A stretch of DNA of 64,000 bases from IMG/VR virus record IMGVR_UViG_3300025158_000014. One strand, 5' to 3'. The notes beneath the pieces were generated by a model that did not search any database, had not been told where the DNA came from, and was given only the letters and a program-made list of their open reading frames with translations. This DNA is from an uncultured virus (IMG/VR IMGVR_UViG_3300025158_000014). Taxonomy: Duplodnaviria > Heunggongvirae > Uroviricota > Caudoviricetes. Both the position numbers and the translations under genes were made by a program. Within the stretch, counting starts at the first letter, position 1; each line of letters starts with the position of its first letter. Shown here piece after piece: positions 50,136-61,019 of the stretch.

Positions 50136-50776
50136 ATGAACCAAATCGAAATGAACATCATCACAAAAATCAAAAACACCAATAATAACAAACTTTTGGT
50201 ATGTCGTTTTGAAAAAGAGGAAATCCCCGTTCTTGACCAGATGCGTAACAAGGGTATTATTGCCCCTGCACGATTCTGTGGTGAACCTGCCGCAGCACTC
50301 TCTCAACGTTACCTGAAAGGACTTGTGTAATGAAAATCAATAAACGTTTCCAAGACTATGTTGACCACCATAACCTTTGGTATGAGGTTATTGGTAAACC
50401 TGAAAAATAGTATCAAATTTCCCCTGTCACAAGAAGACGTTAACGTGCTGGGTAATAAACTTTCCAATGAACTTTCCCCTGAGAATCTGCACTGTGATGG
50501 TGAAATTTCACGCAATCAAGCACAACGTAAATACAACAAACTGATGAACGTGGTCAAAGACCTGAATGTATACGCAAAGAAGAATGGTTTGTGTGAACCC
50601 AACATTTATTGTTAAGGAGATAGATTATGGATACTTTTACCGCAACAATGATTGCAGAAGGCGTTGAGCCAGTTGATACCGAAGAAGGATATTTTAGTGC
50701 ATGGCAACTCCAAGGTTGGTTTGGTCATACAGCATCCCAATTAATCGAACTTGGTCATTGTACCTACAACAAATAA
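50136..50776 (+). other. Three small early ORFs; the last appears internally deleted
   Basis: ORFs at about 50136, 50358 (LSPENLHCDGE) and 50627 (AWQLQGWFG). Confidence 0.55.
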
Positions 50777-50852
50777 CTCTTGACTGTAAACGGGGTTAGT
50801 GGTACTATCTTTATGTAGTCACCGTTAACCCCCTTCTGCATTGGAGTTTCCC

Positions 50853-51308
50853 TTGAAAAAATTCAGAGCTAAAACTGATATTTTCCTTTCCATGTGTGCT
50901 GATTCTAAATCTCTCGGTGAAGATAATGACTGTACTGTGAAAGCTATCGCAATCACCACTGGTATTCCTTATAAAAAGGTACATGAAACGTTGAAAAAAG
51001 GGGGTCGTGGTGATGGTAAATGCGCTACCCTGAGTCAAATGCAAAATGCTTGTCTTGACCTTGGTTTCAAGATGAAAAATATCCCTCTCGAGACTATCAA
51101 GGAAAAGTATCCTGCTGCGGGTCGCAAACTCAAGAGTATCACCACGAATCACCCCGAACTATTCAATAAGGCATGGAAAGATGGTAAGAATTATATCCTT
51201 CATTGTCGGGGTCATGTTGCCGCAGTCATCGATGGTGTGAACCACGATTGGACTTTTGGGCGGAAATATCGCGTTAATAATATTTACGAGGTTGTCCCTG
51301 CAAAATAA
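50853..51308 (+). CDS. Putative papain-fold (C39-like) peptidase-related phage protein
   Basis: DCTVKAIA...GHVAAVIDG..HDW. Confidence 0.5.
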   Translation: MKKFRAKTDIFLSMCADSKSLGEDNDCTVKAIAITTGIPYKKVHETLKKGGRGDGKCATLSQMQNACLDLGFKMKNIPLETIKEKYPAAGRKLKSITTNHPELFNKAWKDGKNYILHCRGHVAAVIDGVNHDWTFGRKYRVNNIYEVVPAK

Positions 51309-51388
51309 CAGTTGACACTATCCGTGGATATGATAGTATATAGATGTGGTCGCGGAGTGATCACCACTTTTTGAAAGGATATAAAATC

Positions 51389-51727
51389 ATGGCTTATATG
51401 AGTCAGGAACTAAAAGCTAAAATGGCACCCGGTATCAAAGCGGTACTTAAAAAAATATGGTGTTAAAGGTAGCATTTCTGTTAGAAACCATTCGACTTTG
51501 GTCGTTACCCTGTATAAAGGTCGCCTTGATCTCAAAGAGTCCCCGAATATTTTTTGGATTGATCGTCACTATGAAGGCAAGATTAAAGAATTTTTGAAGA
51601 ATTGCGTCAAGCCATGAGCATTGGATACTATGATAACAGTGACCCAATGATTGACTATCATGATGTCGCATACTATCGTAAAATCCAAGTCGGGACATAC
51701 ATTAAACCCTATGTATTAGAAAAATAG
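51389..51727 (+). pseudogene. Phage hypothetical protein with two homopolymer frameshifts
   Basis: MAYMSQE..KKYGVKGSISVRNHST..YDNSDPMIDY is reconstructed after fixing an A7 and a T5 run. Confidence 0.6.
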
Positions 51728-51756
51728 AGATGATCGTTTGGAGAGAAAAAAAAATA

Positions 51757-52860
51757 ATGAAACCTTATAAGATATTCGCAGAATTAATAGAACAAGATGC
51801 ATTGGATCAATTCCATCAAGCAATGGAACAAAAGTTTGTCGTTAAAGGTGCATTGATGCCTGATGCCCATAAAGGATACTCTTTGCCTATAGGAGCCGTT
51901 GTCGCCACAAAAAACGTCATTGTTCCTTCTTGGGTTGGATATGATATCGGTTGCGGTATGTGCGCAATCCCTACTTCATTCACCCTTTCCGATATATATC
52001 AAAACGCTCAAGCGATATGGGCTAGAATTCAAGAAGCTATACCTGTTGGATTTAATCATCATGATACACACCAGACATGGGATCGATATAGCACTATCGA
52101 AAAAACTGAAACCGCTATCAATATTTTTAATTACAAAAACGGTATTGGTTGGAGACAACTCGGAACCCTTGGCGGCGGCAACCATTTCATTGAAATCGGT
52201 TCAGACGAAAATGGAGTCATATGGATCATTGTTCACTCAGGATCTCGTGGTATCGGTCATGCCATAGCTACCCATTACATGAAAATTGCAGGTGGAGGTA
52301 AAGCCCGTGAAGGATCCTATGGATTGGATGTTAATTCTCCAAACGGAAAAGACTACATCATTGATTTAAATTTTGCTCTTGAATTCGCATTAGAAAACCG
52401 ATTTAAAATTATAAATCAAGTCAGCAATGTTATAGAGGAATACTGTAAAGGGAGTTTGGACTGGTCTTGTTTTATAAACAGAAACCATAACCACGCAGAA
52501 GAAAAAGACGGTCTGTGGATTCATAGAAAAGGCGCAACCCATGCAGAAGCAGGCATGGAAGGAGTCATTCCCGGTAACATGAGAGACGGATCATTCATTG
52601 TTGTCGGAAAAGGTAACCCTGAATCACTATACTCCAGTTCCCATGGTGCCGGTCGAGTTTTAGGTCGAAACGTCGCAAAGAAGATATTAGATATAAATGA
52701 CTTCACAGAAACTATGAAAGGTATTGTAGCAAACGTAGATGATAGTACATTAGATGAATCCCCTTTTGCTTATAAAAATATTTTTGATGTCATGAAACAA
52801 CAAGAGGAATTAGTCTCAGTTAAATATTACGTCAAACCAATAATTAATGTTAAAGGATGA
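51757..52860 (+). CDS. rtcB: RtcB 3'-phosphate/5'-OH RNA ligase
   Basis: MPDAH, DIGCGM, GTLGGGNHFIE, HSGSRG, HRKGAT, HGAGR, DESP..YK. Confidence 0.95.
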   Translation: MKPYKIFAELIEQDALDQFHQAMEQKFVVKGALMPDAHKGYSLPIGAVVATKNVIVPSWVGYDIGCGMCAIPTSFTLSDIYQNAQAIWARIQEAIPVGFNHHDTHQTWDRYSTIEKTETAINIFNYKNGIGWRQLGTLGGGNHFIEIGSDENGVIWIIVHSGSRGIGHAIATHYMKIAGGGKAREGSYGLDVNSPNGKDYIIDLNFALEFALENRFKIINQVSNVIEEYCKGSLDWSCFINRNHNHAEEKDGLWIHRKGATHAEAGMEGVIPGNMRDGSFIVVGKGNPESLYSSSHGAGRVLGRNVAKKILDINDFTETMKGIVANVDDSTLDESPFAYKNIFDVMKQQEELVSVKYYVKPIINVKG

Positions 52861-52906
52861 ATTGAAACCATTAAAAAGATTAAAGCCAAGAGGTAGGTAG
52901 GAAGAT

Positions 52907-53144
52907 ATGTATATAAAAATAATGCAACAATCACAAGACCAATACAAAGAGAAAATGTATCAATGCACCAATTACACCTATGTCGAGAATGATGTAACAA
53001 CAAAGTTTTTCCATTATTCACGATGAAGACAATGTTACCACTATCACATTTGACAACATACCAACAACCAAGATATGGATAATGAATGATAACGGAGTCA
53101 CGATAGACAGTTACAAGTACAATGAACACGGAAAGTTAAAATAA
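52907..53144 (+). pseudogene. Small hypothetical protein frameshifted at a T5 run (53006-53010)
   Basis: Removing one T joins MYIKIM to ..IWIMNDNGVTID. Confidence 0.45.
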
Positions 53145-53176
53145 AATAAACCAAACAAAAATCTATTTACCTGCCG

Positions 53177-53217
53177 ACCCTTTTCTGATAATAATACCAG
53201 AAAAGGGTTTATTTTTT
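53177..53217 (+). terminator. Rho-independent terminator
   Basis: ACCCTTTTCTG/CAGAAAAGGGT followed by a T-rich tail. Confidence 0.7.
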
Positions 53218-53219
53218 AC

Positions 53220-54780
53220 CAGAGGAACTATTCTCTTCAAATCTTATCTTGGATCATGGAATAACTGATGATGAAAACAGAATGATAGTCATTGAACCAA
53301 GTCTTTAACACTTTTCACCACCATTTAACACTAATATCCTCTAATAAATGGATAACAATAACCCCTTGAAATATAAGGGGGTTTTTAATGCCCTGATATA
53401 GTCAATAGAAGGTATACCATACAGGAGTATAATTAGGTATAATAAAAGATGATTCAATACCATAATAGACCATGACCGTTCGGATCAGATGAATTTAGAC
53501 CGCTTTTAAGTGTAGTCATTTAAAAATAAAAATAGAAGAAATTCTTATAAAATATAAGGAAAATAAAGGTGCGAAAAAAGGTAAAAATAGATAAAGAAAC
53601 AAAAAACCCTTTGTTTATAAGGGAAAGAAGTGTGTACTAATTCCTTGGAAGTATAATCACCCTCTACATTTTGCGTTAAAATAAATGTTCAGTAATTTTC
53701 TGGGGGTTGTCTGGTACAAAGTCCCACCTGACCGCATGTTTTAGGTCAATAGAGGAAAACGATTCATTAAAATAGGTTCACTCCCAGACCAAACTCCCGT
53801 TCTACAGCCTAAAACACTCGACATGAGGGGATTTTTAATGAAAAGTTATAAAGAGGTTTAATTTTTCATCTGAATACCACTATATATAGTGGTGTGAATG
53901 AATCATGGCTCAACACATATGATTTTCCATATACACTGATTTTTACTGACCTGAATGACACTTTTGGCCTAGACAGAACACCCATTTTTATTAAAATGAC
54001 CCACCACTATATATAGTGTTTGATTTTTTCAAAATTTATATAATAAAATGGGACTGACAACCCGTTTTCTTGTACCATATGTGATGTATTTCTTTATTAG
54101 GGCATAAACCATACCAAATTTTATCCACAACAGGAACTGTCTAGTTTACATAATACTAGTTATCGGTCATTAAGAAAATTATAATAATTTTTTTCCTCTT
54201 GTAAATTAGCCACTTGAAAGTATGAAAAAATACTGGATAATCGACATTATATCGGTTTTCATATATGTTGATAACTATTGATTTGATTACTTGATATGGT
54301 ATGGGGTAGATGAATGATAAAATATACTCTATATGGTATAGCATAAACGCCATTTTCAGTATAACACAGAGTGTCTGTGTAGTCAAATAATAAATTTCAA
54401 AGGAAAAGGGTTATTTTTTTGTATTCTGGCACAAACAATGCTATGACACAATAACCTATACAAAAATGTGTCAATTCATTAAAAATATTCCATTAATATG
54501 AAACACTGTGACGCAAAATAACTCCTCTTATCCCCTGTAAAATTATATATGAATATATATATTATATATGAAAAACCAATCGGTCAACTCGTCAAGGGGT
54601 AGGGGAGGTAATTGCTATACTCTTTACTTATGTAATTTTTAAGTTTTTATATGTCCCAATCTACGTATATACAAAATCCCTTTTTGAAAAGTAAATCGCA
54701 TCCTGAATGGTCATACCCTAAATTTTGTGTATAAAATTTTTTTTCCATGGGAACCTGTCAGAATTGTATATACATGTGTT
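53220..54780. other. Long non-coding region with palindromic motifs (origin, genome end or regulatory hub candidate)
   Basis: No credible ORFs; ACCACTATATATAGTG twice; CCTT..ATAAGG motifs. Confidence 0.5.
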
Positions 54781-54826
54781 TATTTTATATAAATAGGTAT
54801 AGATTGGAACAAAAGGAGATTTTATT

Positions 54827-54976
54827 ATGGGTGAGAACCGGGATAAAACTTATCCGATAAGGATGAATGAGGAAGAGTTAAAGATGACGAAGGAGTTAGC
54901 GAAGAGGGTTAAATTACCTGATATGGTACGGAGGTATATTAAGGAGTTGTATGATGAACATATATCGTCTGTATAG
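54827..54976 (+). CDS. Small ribbon-helix-helix-like protein
   Basis: MGENRDKTYPIRMNEEELK..LPDMVRRYIKE; AAGGAG SD; TATAAATA at 54788. Confidence 0.55.
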   Translation: MGENRDKTYPIRMNEEELKMTKELAKRVKLPDMVRRYIKELYDEHISSV

Positions 54977-54998
54977 AAGATCCCTCTTTTTGTTGATA

Positions 54999-55247
54999 TT
55001 AACCTTTTACTTCTTTTAAGATACAGTCGATACTGGAATACAGATCATCATTTGAGACACCAAGTGAATCCAAATATTCCATCCAGTTGAGTACCTCGTG
55101 AAGTTGCTCGTACATTTCTGGTGCCACGGATTCTATTCTTTTTGTCTTGGCTTCTATGCCGCAGTTGCAAGGCAGGTGAGGATATAGAGATCCTGTTTTG
55201 TTTTTGAGAATGTTACAAGTTGGTTTGTGTTCATTTATTATGTTCAT
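54999..55247 (-). CDS. Hypothetical protein
   Basis: Coupled to the methyltransferase stop codon. Confidence 0.5.
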   Translation of the reverse strand: MNIINEHKPTCNILKNKTGSLYPHLPCNCGIEAKTKRIESVAPEMYEQLHEVLNWMEYLDSLGVSNDDLYSSIDCILKEVKG

Positions 55248-55975
55248 TTATTTTGAATTCTTTCTTTGGCTGTATTGAAATAGGTTTCGTCAAGTTCAAT
55301 TCCTATGAATTTACGATTAAGGTGTTTACAAGCAAGACCTGTTGTTCCACTCCCCATTGTTGAGTCTAAAACGGTTTGTTGTTCTAGTGTGTATGTTTTT
55401 ATGAGGTATTTCATAAGCTCAAGAGGTTTTTGTGTTGGGTGAAAACCTTTACGATCTTGTTTGAACTTTTTGATGGATTTTGGGTATCTGATTCCGTTGT
55501 TTTCTTTATGTTGAGATTTACCAGATCCGTAAACTTCACCAATGGTTGCATCATCTTGAGCCATGAATGATTTGTAAGGGTCGCCTTTTTCCATTTGGGG
55601 AAAATACCGTCCTCTTTTTTTAGAAAATACTAATATTTGTTCATGGTTTTTCATGGGTTGGTGTTTTGCTAATAGAGGATTCATACCTTGGGGGTTTTCC
55701 CATATCCATTCATATTTGAACCATTCAGGATTTGACATGACAAGGTGAGAAGAAAATGGTTGTGTGGCGGTTAGTACAATATTACCATCATCCATAATGA
55801 TACGTTTATATTGAGTCCACATGTGTTCTATATCAATGACTGAATCCCATTTACAGGCTGTAACTCCATAGGGTAGGTCTGTTAAGATCAGATCAATAGA
55901 TTTATCTGGTATGTTTTTCATGACGTCCAGACAGTCTCCATGTATAAGTGTGACAGGGTTTTGTATCAGGTTCAA
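55244..55975 (-). CDS. Beta-class N6A/N4C DNA methyltransferase
   Basis: TDLPYG, HPTQKP, VLDSTMGSGTTG. Confidence 0.9.
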   Translation of the reverse strand: MNLIQNPVTLIHGDCLDVMKNIPDKSIDLILTDLPYGVTACKWDSVIDIEHMWTQYKRIIMDDGNIVLTATQPFSSHLVMSNPEWFKYEWIWENPQGMNPLLAKHQPMKNHEQILVFSKKRGRYFPQMEKGDPYKSFMAQDDATIGEVYGSGKSQHKENNGIRYPKSIKKFKQDRKGFHPTQKPLELMKYLIKTYTLEQQTVLDSTMGSGTTGLACKHLNRKFIGIELDETYFNTAKERIQNK

Positions 55976-56148
55976 TATAAAAAGATCTCCTGTTTATAGT
56001 CCAATATTAATTAGTATATGGTATATAGAATTCTATGTCAACATCGTTTCATCGTTGTTAAATCTAAAAAAATGATGTTTTGTCGGGGGATGAATAAATA
56101 ATATAAATACTTGTACCTGATAGAATCATTACGGAGGATTTTAATATA

Positions 56149-56862
56149 ATGGCAATATTAACAGATTTTTATGGAAAGATACCCAAATATGATGACAACA
56201 CGTTTGAATATGATATAAAAAGCACAACGCTCTTAGATTTTAGTGGATCAACAGCCGGTTCGCCTTGTTTTGTAGATATATACATGAATGCATATATAAG
56301 AGATTTAATTACGGCTGGAGCGGCGGATGCAAAAGTCTTTGATTCAAGACATTGTACAATCACTCGAATAGAATCATATGATAGTGTAACAGGTGTACCT
56401 ACCACATATAACTTTTATGCAGGTGGACACCCCAATTTAAAATGGATTGATTTAAGTCATTGCGGAAGAATTTATACCAATATTGATGATATTATTCCGG
56501 TTGATAATATTACGACAATTGATATTATTGTGCCAAATCATGGCATTCCTTTGAATACAGAAAATCTATCCAGTGGTTATATTAAAATGGGTGTAAGTGA
56601 TTATGGAACAAGTGGTATTTTATCAAGTGTTGATAATTTACCGATAAATGCCATCATTGATGAGAATACTCTACGATTAGGAATAACATTGGAATTTTGG
56701 AATTTGTCAAAATCAAATGCTGCGGGACAGAATCTTTATATAGATAACCCTATTATACATAATGTCGGTGGACAAAATTTTACAGGAAATAGATTAGACA
56801 TTCATTGGAAATTTGATAGGAATGATCCATACTTCTTGGAGAGCATTTTCTGTGACTATTGA
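56149..56862 (+). CDS. Late, probably structural, protein
   Basis: TATAAATA at 56102, GGAGG SD, beta-rich composition. Confidence 0.55.
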   Translation: MAILTDFYGKIPKYDDNTFEYDIKSTTLLDFSGSTAGSPCFVDIYMNAYIRDLITAGAADAKVFDSRHCTITRIESYDSVTGVPTTYNFYAGGHPNLKWIDLSHCGRIYTNIDDIIPVDNITTIDIIVPNHGIPLNTENLSSGYIKMGVSDYGTSGILSSVDNLPINAIIDENTLRLGITLEFWNLSKSNAAGQNLYIDNPIIHNVGGQNFTGNRLDIHWKFDRNDPYFLESIFCDY

Positions 56863-57096
56863 ATTTCAAATAAGTCTTCTGGTAGATTATTTTTATAAAA
56901 TTTTTCCAAAGCGTTGTTTTTATATTATTTCCAATAACAAAGCATCTTTTTAGTATCTTCCTCGGAAAGATAAGATGCATGAATGATCCTAACCGTTACT
57001 TGAAAAGTAATAAAACTTATCATGCTTTGCAACAGGAACCGTACATTCCTGTAACGAACCCAATAACATCTAAAAGGTTAACAACTTCGTCGCATG

Positions 57097-58035
57097 TCAT
57101 ACAATCATCTTAGCCAAAGATTCATCTATAGTTGTTGAAGGTGACCACCCGACTAAATTCTTAATCTTTGTTATATCAGGAACACGCCTCAAAGTATCTT
57201 CATACATTTTGTTATAAGCTTGTTCATATGTAAAATATTCTTTACCTGATGAACTTTTTGTGATACTAATAACCCGATCAGCAAGTTCATTGATAGATAT
57301 TTCCTCGTTATTTCCGATGTTGAATAATTGACCGTCTGTTCTAGAATCTTTAATCATAAACATTAACGCATCAATACAATCATTAATATAAGTAAAAGAT
57401 CTGGTTTGTTCACCTGTACCAAATATAGTCAGATTTTCTCCTGATAATGATTGTTTGATAAATCGAGGGACAACCATACCATATTTACCGGTTTGCCTCT
57501 TTCCGATAATATTAAATAACCTGACAATGGATATCCTTAAATCATGAACATTTTTGTTACTAAACATCATCTGTTCCATCAATAATTTATTAGTGGCATA
57601 CCCCCATCGACATTTTTCTGAGGTTCCAAATACAATATCATCACATTCAAACATCGGAATTTTGTTAGATTTACCATAAACTTCTGACGTACTGGAAAAT
57701 ATCAATTTAGAATTATATTTCTTGGCTTTCTCTAATATTGACTGATTAATAATCTCATCATTAATCATATGTTTAGCGGGGTCTTGATGTTGCATCATTT
57801 GACCTATACTTGATGCCAAATGAACAATGATATCGACTGGTTCTAAATAAAATTCTGTGGTCAAATCTTTAAAATAAAAATCAAAATTTGATTTATTGAA
57901 TAATTGTTGGATATTCTCTCTACATCCTGTAGAAAAATTATCAACACCTATAACATGATACTTAAGATTAACCAATCTATCACATAAATGTGATCCAATG
58001 AAACCTGCTGCTCCTGTAACTAAAATCTTTATCAT
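57097..58035 (-). CDS. NAD-dependent nucleotide-sugar epimerase/dehydratase
   Basis: GAAGFIGS, SSTSEVYG, YATNK, RLFN. Confidence 0.92.
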   Translation of the reverse strand: MIKILVTGAAGFIGSHLCDRLVNLKYHVIGVDNFSTGCRENIQQLFNKSNFDFYFKDLTTEFYLEPVDIIVHLASSIGQMMQHQDPAKHMINDEIINQSILEKAKKYNSKLIFSSTSEVYGKSNKIPMFECDDIVFGTSEKCRWGYATNKLLMEQMMFSNKNVHDLRISIVRLFNIIGKRQTGKYGMVVPRFIKQSLSGENLTIFGTGEQTRSFTYINDCIDALMFMIKDSRTDGQLFNIGNNEEISINELADRVISITKSSSGKEYFTYEQAYNKMYEDTLRRVPDITKIKNLVGWSPSTTIDESLAKMIV

Positions 58036-58377
58036 TGAATAATAATTGCGATCTATGAGTAAAACATTTAATAAACCGCTTCCTAATTTATTTTATTTTT
58101 GTATTGAAAATTATAGTTCATAATATTTTTATGAATAATGGTATCTCCTGATTTAATATAAACGGTGTTCATACCAAATACTCGAATGATAACATCTTTG
58201 CCATATTTTTCTTTGAATGAATTGATAATCTCAGAATTAATCATAGAAGAAACCTTTCATAGTGTTATGTTTGATGTAAAAAAAGAATACCAAAACGATA
58301 CATAAATGTCAAGATTTTTTGGGCGGTGAGACAATGAGACCACCGTATCACGTTACGTATAAAGCTGTGTACAAGTG

Positions 58378-58626
58378 TCATTTGATTAAATCAAAACTAT
58401 GTTTAGTTGGTATGGACAGCCCAAACGAATCCGACCAAAATTGAACTTTTTCGAAATTCATGGTTGTTTCGGAAATACTATAATCATGAACGTAATCCAT
58501 ATCAAATTCACGTTTAAGTAAAAAATATTGTTTCATGAAGGTTTTTGTTCCAATAGACATTTTAATGGTATACTGATACCCTTCAATTATTCTGAATCTT
58601 TTTTTAAACCAAAATTTTCTTTTCAC
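58378..58626 (-). CDS. Hypothetical protein
   Basis: In-operon ORF with AGAGG SD. Confidence 0.45.
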   Translation of the reverse strand: MKRKFWFKKRFRIIEGYQYTIKMSIGTKTFMKQYFLLKREFDMDYVHDYSISETTMNFEKVQFWSDSFGLSIPTKHSFDLIK

Positions 58627-58646
58627 ATTTATAAAACCTCTTTTTA

Positions 58647-59279
58647 TTATAACTTTTCGAGAATAATAAATTTAACTTTGATATCATCTCCATAATCAGG
58701 GTCACCGGGCAAATAAGGAAAATCCTTGGTTACTTTGATAACTTTAACTTTGCTGTGGTTATTTAAATACCTTTCATACCCCTGAGATTCATACATATCT
58801 GATCTATGAGATAAAACAATAACACCTTTAGGATTAGTAAGCGAAAATATATTCTCTAATATCCCCTTACTATCAAAATATGTTAATGATCCGATACAAG
58901 TGACAAGATCAAAGGTTCCATTGGACAGAAATGGTTTGTTCATATCATGCCGGGTTAAAGTTTTATAGATATTTTTACTTTTAGCTATATCCAACATCCG
59001 TTGACTTAAATCAACACCATGAATATTAGTGAAACCATTCTGTAATAAAGTAGTTCCGACTAGACCCGTTCCACAACAAACATCCAGTACTGACATATCA
59101 CGTGCAAAATGACCTCTAACGTGACGAACCCATTTTCTCCAAGCCGTGTATCCAAGTTCTTTAATTAAATACATATCATATTCTTTAGCAACAATGTTAT
59201 ACTCTTCTCGATTTAGTTCAATAGAACTGGATGGGTCTTTAGCCCAACTACTAACAATATCTTTAATGCTTTTTGACAT
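58647..59279 (-). CDS. Class I SAM-dependent methyltransferase
   Basis: VLDVCCGTG, GVDLS..ML. Confidence 0.88.
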   Translation of the reverse strand: MSKSIKDIVSSWAKDPSSSIELNREEYNIVAKEYDMYLIKELGYTAWRKWVRHVRGHFARDMSVLDVCCGTGLVGTTLLQNGFTNIHGVDLSQRMLDIAKSKNIYKTLTRHDMNKPFLSNGTFDLVTCIGSLTYFDSKGILENIFSLTNPKGVIVLSHRSDMYESQGYERYLNNHSKVKVIKVTKDFPYLPGDPDYGDDIKVKFIILEKL

Positions 59280-59312
59280 AAATATCCTTTTCTCTCTCTT
59301 TTTTTTTATTTT

Positions 59313-60999
59313 TTAAGTCACATTAATTCTATGCGAAATGTCTTTTGCTTGAATCTGTATACGATAAAATTTTGTTGTATAATCACCAGAAGTCGTATAG
59401 TGCGCATAATTAAAATGGAGTGCTTGCTCCGACCAGATAACCATCTCCATTAATATATGGACTTAGTATCGACCAAGAATCACGAATCCTGATTTCGTTT
59501 GAATTTAATGATACATTATCTATAACAAACAAATTATCAACAGATGAACTGCTATCAATTTTAAACCTAACAGTCATATTATCAGTGTCAACAATCGGTG
59601 TTGTTATTAAAGTTTCATCCGCTGATAATATAGTGTGATCTGTTGTCCCATCCTGTATCAGAATTCCGTAATATTTTTTTATTTTTGACAAATCGATATA
59701 ATTCATATCTTCTGATAATAATGTCAAACCTTCGCCACCATCATAAACTTGAATTGATGTAATAACATCAACATCAGATTCATACAAAGGTGCGACCCCT
59801 ATACCGGATGAAATAAAAGATCCAATATCTTGATAGGCATATACATAAGAAGAGGGCGATATATCTCTTCCCTGAAAATACAAAGATTCTGTAATATAAC
59901 CATCCAAAGGCATAACATCATCAACGGGACCATAAAAATCCTCACACCCCATAATTCTAGCGTCATAGTTTTGGTTATTTACAATTCTTCCGTTGAGATT
60001 TGTACAGTTAATAAGTTTACAATTTTTCGATACAATAATATCACCTTTATCAAAAACACAATCAACAAAGACATTATTACTATACATATACCCAATATCA
60101 AAATAACATCCAATTGCATAGAGTTTGGCAATATAAACTCCATTTAAACTCATAAAATTACAATTAATGGCTTGGCTACCAGCACCTCTTCCTGTTGTGG
60201 CAAATTCATTAAAATCCCCTCCATAAAAATCAAAAGTATCAAGATTATATGACATTGACACATAATAATTCCATTGATTTAACGTAATACTACTTGATCT
60301 GTGAGAAAAAAATTCAACATTCTGGTTTATTATCTCTTGACCATCAACAGTCATCGCGAAATTCTTAAATTCTATACGACAATTCTTTGAAACTCTCCAA
60401 CCAATTTCTTCAACAAAATCAATAACATCGTTATGGTCTTCTATGGTCAAGAATGTACCAGACTCATCAATGGATTGTATTCTAAAATATACTATTCCTT
60501 CACCAAGTTCTATGTAATCACCCACTTCAATGCGATAAGGTGTAAGTGAAGTTAAACCATCAGATGCAAGAGTATTCCAATTAAAATTATCAGCATAAAC
60601 TCTATCGCCACCTAAACTACAGGAAATAGTCTTATAACCCGATTGTATAATTGTAGGAGGATTAACAGAATAATCATAGTAGTTTTGATAATCCTTATCA
60701 TAATAAATTTTCATATTATGAAAAGTAGCGCCGTCATTAATAATAACTTTCGTTGTACTTCTACTCACACCATGGATACGTAATACGTCATCTGGTCTGT
60801 TATTCATATCCCTAAGTATATCTCTGGTTAACACGTGATTACCTTCTCGCAGAAAAATATTCCAGTCACCGGCATCATATGCATCGTTGATTGAAGTGTA
60901 ATCCCCTTTACCAGATAAATCAACAACCTTCCATTCCCCTGTCATTGGGTGAAGTGTTGTTTTTTTGTCTTTTATATAAAAATCATTTAATTCTGACAT
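59313..60999 (-). CDS. Beta-helix/tailspike-like paralog with C-terminus frameshifted by a 4-bp duplication
   Basis: DLSGKGDYTSINDA; TGCT duplicated at 59421-59428; paralog-like tail continues to 59313. Confidence 0.65.
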
Positions 61000-61019
61000 T
61001 ATTATCTCCTTGAAAATAA

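Noticed and set aside
58321..58380. GC-rich CGGTG/CACCG hairpin as an ncRNA
   Set aside because: Short stem with no further support; may simply be a terminator or processing site.
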